64,000 bases of DNA. Origin: Lytechinus pictus. Lineage: Eukaryota. The stretch is taken from assembly GCF_037042905.1 (NCBI RefSeq), contig NC_087250.1, forward strand, positions 15,936,001-16,000,000, given 5' to 3'. Position 1 is the stretch's first letter; every line of letters begins with the position of its first letter. The notes beneath the pieces are model-generated. The model did not search any database. It was not told where the DNA came from and worked only from the letters and a program-made list of their open reading frames with translations. The translations under genes and the position numbers were made by a program. Of this stretch, positions 26,401 through 38,400 are shown piece by piece.

Positions 26401-29400
26401 TTATCATTATTATTTTTGTTATTATTATTAGTTAGGCTCGCCCGCTCATATTCTGTATTAAATTTCCTATTTTTGTCAGGTTGACAGCATTTGTTGTGAA
26501 GATCTTCAGTCAAGCAAAGCAGTTCAATGCTCTAAATGATGAGAGCCACGTAGAAGGCAGTGTAAACTGGCTCATAGACGAAAATCAGCAAGTTGGCGGT
26601 GAATTTCATGAAAATAACCAGGTTATTCATCAGGAAATGATCGTAAGTATCTAAGAAATTGTAAATGGTGACATAAACAGTTGAAGTTTGGTCTCTTTGC
26701 TCGTTTGACTCTCAAATCATTGTCATTTCATTGATGTGCATCCCACTGCTGCCACCAAAAAGGCAATAATTAGACGCAGTCATGGTTGAGCAGAGGAGTA
26801 GTTTTGTGTTTAGGGGTGGGGGGCACAACAATAGATGTCCCCCCATGAACAAAGGATAATCCTCTACTCCACTGCCCATGGACGCAGTCATGTTATTGTG
26901 TGCTGTTTATTAACATCACAACCAAGAGGTCGAATATCCAAATATTGATATCACAAAATTTACGACACGATTAGTGAAACATCATAAGGCACTCACGCTG
27001 TCATTTATTTGTATTTTAGGGAGCTGTAAAGGGTGATACTTCCAGGACGGCATTTGTTCTCATCTCTCTTCTGGAGGGTAGGAACTTACTGGATAGCCTG
27101 AAGAATGAGGTAATGCTCTATCTGATATGCAAATACCTTTTTTGAAATGGATAAATCCATAAACGAATCAACCCCTTTGTAAATCCGACCCTCCATTTTC
27201 GTTCCTCCAATTTGCTTCATTTCATGGCAGAGATGTAGAGAGGCCAGTGCTTCTGGTTGAGGAGGTCACTTGAGAAAACCTCCCATACACTTTGTAAACA
27301 AGATTCGGGCTGGGGGGACCTGTGAAATGTTATTGCTGTACACATGCGTGGCCAAATTATTTCCAAACACCCCCTAAATAAGTTTTTTATCTGTGTGCAA
27401 AATACCCCCTAAACAAGTTTTTCGTGGGCTTTATTTACACAATTTGGCCCCTAAACAAGTTATCGCCAGAATATGACCTTGAGGAAAAAGCTTGGGAAAA
27501 AAAGCATACCCTAAATGCATTTGGCTAGTCTTTCAAAACCACCCTTTTCCTTTTTCCTTGAAAATCAGCGTTTTTGATACCCTTAATGAGTGCACACGTG
27601 GCCCGCCGTCCAAAACTGAAAAAAACACTCCTTTAAACATGTTTTTTGGTCACGCATGTGTACAGTAATATATTTGACTGCCCCCTCCCCCCCTCCGGGA
27701 TTTGGGTCTCGGCTGAGGCCGGCAAAATCTGGCCGTGGGGCCGGTCTTGACTACATCCCAGCTTCATGAACTTTAACTACTCAAACCATTATAATTTGAA
27801 AGCATTGCAATATTGTGATGGTCTTATGAAACACCAAGCATAGAAGAATCATTCCAGGAAGATACTGTATATAGTAATAATAAGTCATTGTCCCAAAGTC
27901 AAATACTTCTTTATCAATCTTCATATATTCCAAGGACAGCTCGGCTGTGGAATTCACTCCCTTCCAACACATTTAAGAATAGTGTTAATTCATATTTAGT
28001 TAGCTTGATGTAAAACCTTGTACTTTTAATTTAATTATGTTTTTTTTCGTGGCAGTCATAGGCCACTTTTTGTCATTTTATTATGGCAACATCAGGCCCA
28101 AAGAACAATCTAAAAAAAAAATAGTAATAGTAGGCAATTATACAGTGCGTATCAAAAAAAAAGTTAACACTTTGAAAAAGCCCGTGGAATTAAAAAATAT
28201 ACAACATGTGGATAATTTTTTCACATATATTCTTGGGTTTGGGTCTCATCTATCTAATGAAAGTAAAAGTTTTGACAGAATGTTACACTTGAGTGAGCAC
28301 TGTCCATTTTTTAAAGCACGCAGAAATGCTTGTTTTCACGCTGTGTTGAGGGGAAAGGGCGAAATCAAACTTATCCTGCAAAACATTTCTCATATATTTC
28401 CCTTGCACTTTTAGTCAATTGATATAAAACGGATACATGCAAGCATTTTGGAACAATTTTGCCACCCAAATTGAAATTTCAACACTTATTAAGCACAACC
28501 TTTACCCTTTTTGTGCCCGCTGGATCTGAGGACATAACTGAATCTGATCAAAAGTTTATATCAGACATCTCCAGCATTTTTTTTCAGCATAAGTTTTTTT
28601 TTCCAGCATAAGTTTTTATCATTTAATGTGGGTTTACATTTCATTGTTCATTTAATACTTGCTTCTCCAGACTTTTCCCAAGGTTGACAGTGATTAACAA
28701 AATGAAAACCAAGCCTAAGCCATTTCATGTAGATCACAGCTCAGTGTAAAGCAAATGCCACTACGATGGCCTTGGTGTGAGGGGGAGTGGGATGGGGCGC
28801 AATGCACTCTTCGAAGTGTTTTGGGCAATAAAATAAGTTTAAAAAGGTAAAAGATATTTTCAAATTAATTTTATTAGCTAAATTCCATGTGTTTTTCATG
28901 ATTAAGGTCTACTTTTATTCGCATAACTATTTCAAAGTTCTGCGCAAATCATTTTCCACTAATTTTTCAAAAGTAAGTGGTGCTCACTCAAGCGGAAATA
29001 TTTTTCAACAGTTATATCGTCATTTGCTTAAACGGATCTGTACCAACGTTAAAATGTGAAAAAATCTTCAAGATATTACAAATGAATAATTTTACAGGAT
29101 TTTTTCTAAGTGTAAACTTTTTTTTGATACGCACTGTATAGTGCCATCTTTCTAGAAATAATCTGTTCCGAGGTGCATTGTTATTATTGTTATTACCCCA
29201 AGCTATTTTGTGGGGTATTACATGGGGCCGAATATATATGAATTATTGAATTGCCCACTATTGAAAAAAATTGGTTTGAAAATGTTGAAATTGTGAGATT
29301 TATCCCAGGAATTCTTCATGAATTGTACTTCAGTTCAAAAAGTCATTCTACTTTACACGTATGTACATTTGTCATATCATAGCATACTTCATTCAATAAG

Positions 29401-32400
29401 ATGTATTGAACTCTATGCCAAGTAAAAGTTAGTAAAATAACCTTTAACGGTACTTTGCATATCGTGATCATTTGTGCATTAACAATTCAGTGGTTTTTAG
29501 TGAGGGAGAATGCATTTTGAGGCATTTTACATGAAATACGTAATTTTTCTTCATTTTGACATCATGGGTCTTTGCACGTTTTCTTTCTTTACAGTCGTGC
29601 ATGTGATATTGATATGTTTATAATGAAACATGCATGAAGTGCACTCCCTTACTTCCTTCTTATTGCATCTTACAGAAAATCAATAATTCCATTTCTTTGG
29701 CGATTCAATTCCTCCATAACCAACTTGAAAATGGATTACCGAGGATGTACGACAAGGCTATCGTCACATATGCCTTGGCAATGGCTAAAAGTACAAGGGC
29801 TAGAGATCTGAATAATGATCTATGGGCTCATAAAGAAGAGGATGGTAAGTAGACCAAATGAAAATTAGACCAAGTGGGTATTAGACTAAGTGTATTAGAC
29901 CAAGTGGAGCAATTAGACCAAATGAAAATTAGACTAAGTGTATTAGACCAAGTGGAGCAATTAGACCAAATGAAAATTAGACTAAGTGTATTAGACCAAG
30001 TGAGCAATTAGACCAAATGAATATTAGACTAAGTGTATTAGACCAAGTGAGCAATTAGACCAAATGAAAATTAGACTAAGTGTATTAGACCAAATGAAAA
30101 TTAGACTACATGTAAGTGTATTAGACCAATGAGCAATTAGACTAAGTGTATTAGACCAAGTGGAGCAATTAGACCAAATGAAAATTAGACTGTTATTTGA
30201 CCAAGTGCAGCAATTAGGCCAAATAGTAGACCAAATGACAATTTGACTAATGGAGTATCACATGTAGACCAAATAATAGACCAAATAGTGTTATGCTGTT
30301 CTTAAAAAAAAAACGTAGTCCAACTGCTGAAAGATCAAATGAATGTAAACCATATTGAATTGTAGCAGTGGCAGTTTCAACCCTCCAGTAATATGTGAAA
30401 TACTTTTTCTCTCCTATAATTTGCGACCAGACACCCCCAATCCAACAATAAGTTGTCCAAAATGAATGTTGAGATTTTCGTTGGGTTTTGAAAAAGCAAC
30501 TTCCTAAGCTTCAAAATGATACATCTTTTGTCACGATTGTTCTGCAACCGTAAGTATTTGATCAAATGGAGAAGAAATTCAGCGAGAGCTCCCGAAAATA
30601 AGGAGAAAACCAGGTTTGAAGATCGGGGGTCACCCAGGTATGGGATACATGTATGTGCACTGTGCAGTCTCTGTGAATGTTCCAAGCAGTCTGCAAACAC
30701 CATTTTCAAATAAAACTCATGAATCTTGTCTGTCATTCAACTTTACAACTTCAAATTTTGACAACTAGTACATGTATGAAGAAGAAGAATTATTTCTTTC
30801 AGAAAAGCTTATTTTTTTTAATTTGTACTGTTTGAAGACAAAATTATTGTTTTAGCTATCTAACGAGAACCCCCGGGGGGGCCACTTCCATTGACGAGTG
30901 GATACCATGCGCGACCACGGTGTCTCGAAAAGCACCCTAAACACATATTTTCCATGTTTTGAAAATGCACCCCTTAACAAGTATTGGTGTCTGAAACCCT
31001 ACCCTTAACAAATATTGGAAACAAAACTATACTCTTGGCAAGTATTCCCTGAAATGAACCCTAAACAAGTATACAGCGATATTTTATTGTTGTGACACGT
31101 GTCCGTCAGTCGTCGGTTTACCTAATTTACACACCATTTGGTTTATACGGCCCCACTTTCCTCACCTCGCGCAAATCGGGACTCTAAACACGTAGTGTTG
31201 GGGCAAAAAGGACATCCTTTATACAATATTTTAGTTTTGTTTCATCATCCCCGCAAATTTGACCCTAAACACGTAGCTTTCCTAGCGAAATAGATACCCT
31301 TTTATCATTATTTTTGTGTTTTTGACACCCTTTTCACGTTACGTACATAACGTGCCCTATCTTAAAAAAGACATCCTTTTTACGTGTTTTTTGGGTCGCG
31401 CATGGTATCCACTCGTCAATGTAAGTGGCCCCCCCCCCCGGGTTTAGCTATCTAAAGAGAACCTTCCTTTGTGACTTCTGTTGGTTTGGGATGGCTGGTC
31501 ACATTTATACTGTTTTGGTTGTAGACCAGTGATAGCTCTACGTATCATTGTAAGGCCATTTGACCATTATTTAAAGGGGAATCCAACCCAAATAAAAACT
31601 TGTTTTCATAAGGAAAAGAAAAATCAGACAAATTGATAGGTGAAAGTTTGAACAATATTGGACAAACAACAAGAAAATTATGAATTTTTAAAAGTTGTAA
31701 ATATTGGTAATCACTATACCCATGGAGACTTCAAATTGGCCGCATATGGGATGTCATAGTGATGTAAGGCAAGGACCACTCTTCCATGTACTCCAATACA
31801 TATTATGGCTAAAATGTCATTTTTCGTAAAAGTTTTATTTCAGATTATATTTTTCTTTCATGAGGACATAAAACAATATACTACCTGAGTTATATTTAGA
31901 TTACTGCCCCAGGGGAATGGGTACTTAGGAGAAAACCACAAATCCCTGATAATAAAGTACATGGCCTATGGGAAAGTTGTCCTTACCCCTTGTCATAATT
32001 TACTTACCCAGTTGCCAATTTGAAATCTACATAGTATTAGTGATCTCAATTTTAAAGCAGCTATAACTTTCTTATTGCTTGTCCGATTTCTTTCAAACTT
32101 TCACCATTCTGTTTAATTTATTTTTCTCCTTCCCAACACAACATTTTATGGCCAAGGCTGGATTCCCCTTTAACCAAAAACTGCTTATCTAATAGAAGAG
32201 AGCCAATGGAGTAAATTAGAGAGTTAAAAGGGGCCTTAGCTTTCGATCATAGCAGAATCTTCGTCGGAGGCAAAATGCCAAACATATATAGTGGAACTAC
32301 CATAATATAGACCATAGACATGCAACAGCAACACTAGAAACAAGGAGACAAAAAGGGCATTAGAGAGTTGTGATGTCCAATCAGGTTAGAGAAGGGGATG

Positions 32401-35400
32401 AAAGCAAAGGAGTAAGCAAACACAAAGGGAAGTTAGTGTAAGGCCAGTAAAAGACCTTAAACTGTGAGGGATTAAGATAATTGGGCAGGCAACATCAAAC
32501 AGGATCTGGAACATAAGAGTGATAGGGGGTATGAGGAAGAGATGAATATTAGTGAGAGGTGGGTCAAACTAATATTCATCTCTTCCTCATACCCCCTATC
32601 ACTCTTATGTTCCAGATCCTGTTTGATGTTGCCTGCCCAATTATCTTAATCCCTCACAAAGGCATAATATTTAAGCTACAGAATCGTATGATACAATATA
32701 TTTAAAAGCAATGTAATCTACTTCTGTGTTGTGGGATTCACGGTACACTACGTAATAATAATAATAGGCATTTATATAGCGCCATCTATCTAGAAATATT
32801 CTATTCCAAGGCGCGTTGTTATTATTATTACCCCGGCTTTAGCTCGAGCTGCCTCTCAGCGCTCATGCATTCAAGGAATTAGTCCTGCCGGGTACCCATT
32901 CACCTCACCTGGGTCGAGTGCAGCACAATGTGGATAAATTTCTTGCTGAAGGAAATTACTCCATGGCTGGGATTCAAACCCACGACCTTCTGTTTCAAAG
33001 TCAAAAGACTTATCCACTAGGCCACAACGCTCCATGTAGTCTTTCATGGGCAATAGTTGGTCCTAAAAAGGAGAACCCAAATGCGATGTATCGACTAGTG
33101 TGTTCTAGTCTTCTTCAGGAAAACAATATTGTCTATGGTATGCTATGCTATGCGGTAACTTTGCTTATGGTATGCCATATGTATGTGGTGATTGTCATTG
33201 ATATATTTTATTGCCATGTGATTCTTTTTAAACTCGCTACATGTTAGGGGTGCTTCAGAGATAAGTGTTAGTCATCATTAATTGCAGACGCGCACTTGAT
33301 ATGCGACACATGATCCTATTGATAAATATACAGTACATGCGTCCTCTTTGCACGATTTAACCAATGCGATGCAGCCTTTTATAACACCCATAGGTAGGAA
33401 CTTAAGTGCAAGTCTAAGTCAGACTTAAATCTTCATGAAAATAACTACCTTGTCACTAGATTTTCATAATCCGTTGTTATTATTTCACTTTCAATGTTCA
33501 GATACTGGTGCGGTCTTCTTCCCCTTGGATTCATCCCGCTATGAATATATTGGCAACCGTCCAATGTGGCGGCGGATACCGACCTCCTCCATCGATGTGG
33601 AGACTGCTGGATACGCTTTGCTAGCACAGCTTGCCTTGCACCAATATCAGAACGCTGGCAGGGTAGCCCTTTGGCTCAGTAAGCAGCAGGATTACGGTGG
33701 CGGATTCGTCTCTACTCAGGTGATGTGATAACAACTATAATAATAATAATGATAATGATAATTATAGCTGGATTTATAAAGCACTTTTTGCCTGAGGATA
33801 CAACGCGCTGCTACTATTACCCCGACTTTAGCTTTGCTGCCCATGTAGGCACTCAAGCATTCTAGGAATTTCCCAGTCACATTTGTTAGGAAGTCTGTGG
33901 ATGTTATTGACCTTGTACTTATCCTTCTATTTGACCTTGGAACTTGACCTTGTATTGTTCTTGATGGCATACGGGATACAGTTGTTGCTCTTCAAGCACT
34001 AGCCAAGTATGCTTTAACATCTCTAGTTCAGTACATTTGGCCTTGTATTTGACCTTGTATTTGACTTTGTAACTGACCTTGTGATTGACCTTGTATTGTT
34101 CTTTATGGCTTGCAGGATACAGTTGTGGCTCTACAAGCACTATCCAAGTATGCAGAGCGTCCTCAGTTCAGTAACATAAACATGGACTGCACTCTATCAA
34201 CAGGAGGGGATATTCTTAAGAGACATGTGATTGAAAATCACAATGCTAAAATACAAGAAGAAGTCAAGGTAAGCAGTGGCAAGTAACACAAAGCTTACCA
34301 ATCATTGTAGAATATCTTTAGGGCTTATACTTTTTAGCAGGCAAAATTGTCAAAAGAGCTTGTGGATATACTTGAAAAGGTTTTAGAGTTTGATCAATGG
34401 ATAAAACTTGCATCGGATGGGTTTGTTAAAGCCTGTGATCGTGCCTACGTAGTTACGTGCCCCCCCCCCCCCCATGGACATCACTACCACCTCCTTTCCA
34501 TCAACCAATCACTTCATACTTGGTCGTTATACTTTTTATGTTCTCTATCCCTCAGGTCTCTCAGTCTATCGGACATGACCTACAAATCAATTCAGTTGGA
34601 GAAGGAGTTGCTCTGGCAAATGTAAGATGTTTATTTTTTTTGTTCATCAAATCCTTTTTATAGTTAGCCTATTTTTAGTTTGGTAAATCCCCTGAAAAGT
34701 ATGTGTCACTGGCATTTATAGATTATATAAATGCCTGTTCCCCCAACCGATTGTGTTATGAAGGTTATAAACTTCGAATATGTTTTTATTAGATGAATTC
34801 ATCGGTTTTCAGAATTTAATTGACCGGGCACCTGTTCAAAATAGACCATCTGTGTTTTGGAACTTTGCCTATATAAAACACTTTCTCAGGCATGGAAATG
34901 GCTGAAAATTTCAGGATATAATCTTTTTCAGTAGTGTTCCTTTTATTTTTGTGATCTCTATTTTACAATTGGAATTGATTTTTGTATGTACATGTTAACA
35001 GGACATCAATGAAAAACAGCCTTTTGGATTTGATTGTTTCATTTTTATCCTGTATAATTATGTTGAATATGAATAAATATCCAGATATTTCAAGTTTATG
35101 CTGGCCATGAATGAAAGTAAACTGAAAAGAGAATATTATGGTTGAACATTAATGCAAGACTTCTATCTTCATCGTCTTTCTCGATAAGTTCTTTACTTTC
35201 TGCTAGAGATTCCATCCCTCAGTTTACATTTACGAGATGTGAAGCTTGCTATATTGGTCAAAGCCAGATGTGATTATAATGTACATGTATGTATCAGAAT
35301 GAAGGTTATCCAAATTTAGATGGCTAATATGAAATGATAATTGACCATTGCATGTAACTTACAAACAATTTAATAAAACGCACCAGGGACGAAGTGGTAA

Positions 35401-38400
35401 GGTAATGAGTGCAGCGTTCTGTCAGCCGGGACGTAGTCTAGGCCGGTACTTCTGAGTTGCAATGCCGCTGGAGAAAAACTTATCAATGACTTTGTACACA
35501 TGACCCAGCCCCAAGGCCAAGGCCGGCAAAACGTGACCTTTTGGCCGGCCTCGACTACATCCCTGTCAGTCAGCTTATATCTCTGCTTCCTTCTAAGGTG
35601 GAACTGCGGTACAACACTGAAAAATCTGATCTGGACACCTGCCCATTCCATCTGAACATCACTGCTGCTGAATTACCTTCTCAGGCCAATAATGGACAAA
35701 ATCTAGAAGGACTTCGAATAACAGTATGTACAAGGTGGGTTGTCTGTGCTTGAAGCCAAGTTTCAACTTTGGTATATCCCAAAAAGTGAATGTTGCTCAT
35801 CCTGTTCAGCATTAGATTGTATGAGTTTGCATACCCAAGCATAGGATGTGTAAGATGTGATATAAGATTGTTTCAGTGAAACATGTAAGATAGTAACCAC
35901 CCAAAATTAACACTAAATGTGGCTTTTATAGACTTGTGGCTGCTACAGATGGTTCCTATACACGCAATCTGCATGGGTAGCAGTTTTAGTGGTTTTCAGT
36001 GAAGGGAGCACCCATATGAGTAAGCATTAATGATTGTATGATTGCACTATTGATTGCAGGTTTACCAGTGAAGGGAACACCCATATGAGTAAACATTCAT
36101 GATTGTATGATTGCACTTTTGATTGCAGGTGTACCAGTTAAGGGAACACCCATATCAGTACTCAAATCATAACTGTATGATTCACTATTGATTGCAGGTT
36201 CACCAGTGAAGGGAACACCCATATGAATATGCATTCATACATGTAATTGTATGATTGCCCTATTGCAGGTTTACCAGTGAAGGGAACACCCATATGAGTA
36301 TGCATTCATCATTGTATGATTGCACTATTGATTGCAGGTTTACCAGTGAAGGGAACACCCATATGAGTAAGCATTCATGATTGTATGATTGCCCTATTGA
36401 TAGCAGGTTTACCAGTGAAGGGAACACCCATATGAGTTAGCATTCATGATTGTATGATTGCACTATTGATTGCCGGTTTGCTGGTGAAGGGAACACCCAT
36501 ATGAATGTGCATTCATGATTATATGATTGCACCTTTGATTGCATGTTTACCAGCGAAGGGAACACCCAAATGAGTATGCATTCATAATTGTATGATTGCA
36601 CTATTGATTGCAGGTTTACCAGTGGAGGAAACGCCCAAACGAGTATGCATTCATAATTGTATGATTGCTCTATTGTTTGCAGGTTTGCTGGTAAAGAGAG
36701 TGCCCATATGAGTTAGCATTCATGATTGTATGATTGCACTATTGCTTGCCGGTTTACCAGTGAAGGGAACACCCATATGAGTAAGCATTCATGATTGTAT
36801 GATTGCCCTATTGATTGCCGGTTTGCTGGTGAAGGGAACACCCATATGAATGTGCATTCATGATTATATGATTGCACCTTTGATTGCATGTTTACCAGTG
36901 AAGGGAACACCCAAATGAGTATGCATTCATAATTGTATGATTGCACTATTGATTGCAGGTTTACCAGTGGAGGAAACACCCAAAAGAGTATGCATTCATA
37001 ATTGTATGATTGCTCTATTGTTTGCAGGTTTGCTGGTAAAGAGAGTGCCCATATGAGTTAACATTCATGATTGTATGATTGCACTATTGCTTGCCGGTTT
37101 ACCAGTGAAGGGAACACCCAAATGAGTATGCATTCATAATTGTATGATTGCACTATTATTGTTTGCAGGTGTGCTAGTGAAGAGAATGCCCATATGAGTT
37201 AGCATTCATGATTGTATGATTGCACTATTGATTGCCAGTTTACCAGTGAAGGAACACCCAAATGAGTATGCATTCATGATTGTATGATTGCACCATTGAT
37301 TGCAGGTTTGCTGGTGAAGGGAACACCCGTACATGTATGAGTTAGCATTCATCATGGTATGATTGCACTATTGACTGCAGGTTTACCAGTGAAAGGAACA
37401 CCCTATGAGTATGCATTCATTACACTATTGATTGCAGGTTTACCAGTGAAGGGAACATCCATATGAATATGCATACTTGATTGTATGAATGCACTATTGA
37501 TTGCTGGTTTGCTGGTGAAGGGAACCCCCATATGAGTATGCAATCATGATTATATGATTGCACCATTGATTGCAGGTTTACCAGTGAAGGGAACACCTAA
37601 ATGAGTATGCATTCATGATTGTATGATTGCACTATTGATTGCAGGTTTGCTGGTAAAGAGAATGCCCATATGAGTATGCATTCATGATTTTATAACTGCA
37701 CTGTTCTTTTCAGGTTTGCCAGTGAAGGGAACACCCATATGAATATTCATATCATAACTATATGATTGCACTATTGATTGCAGGTTTACTGGTGAAGGGA
37801 ACACCCATATGAGTATTCTTGATGTAGGATTATACTCTGGATTCAAGGCTGTTGAAGACACTAAATCAGGATTGACAGGACTCAAAGAGGTACCCAATAC
37901 AAACTTTTTTATACCATTATTTACCAAGTTCTGTAATTCCAATGTTCTTTGTACACGATCGGCCTGGTTTCGGGAGGCAATGGAATAATAACCTAATAGC
38001 AATGTGTATTTGTAGCAGAGAATCTCCAGGTTTCTGCAAAGTTAAAAAGCAGGGGAAAAATCACAAGTCCTGGATGATTGCAGAACTCACATAATTTCAA
38101 AGAAAACTCGTTTTTTGAGGCCCAGGGAAAATAAAATACAAGGAAAAAATGTGAAAGATCATCAAATTAAAAGCTACATGTAGATTCATTACAAGTACAT
38201 GTAAACTGTGTGTTTGGCATGTATTTGTCTCGTATTGTCTCCATGGAAACTTATGTTTCTGTATGATTTTTACTATTCACAATTGTTTTATCATGATTTA
38301 TATGTGTCACTGAAGAGCACAGAATGTTATTTAAAACTGAAGAAAATATAATTTTTTATTCTAGCAAACAAAACGTAAGGTTTCTAATGTAGCACCACAT

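Noticed and set aside
35991..37815. CRISPR-like appearance of the regular arrays (also 54985-59125 and 20829-21360)
   Set aside because: Eukaryotic spliced-gene context and no cas genes; units are tandem copies or low-complexity spacers rather than repeat plus unique 30-40 nt spacer.
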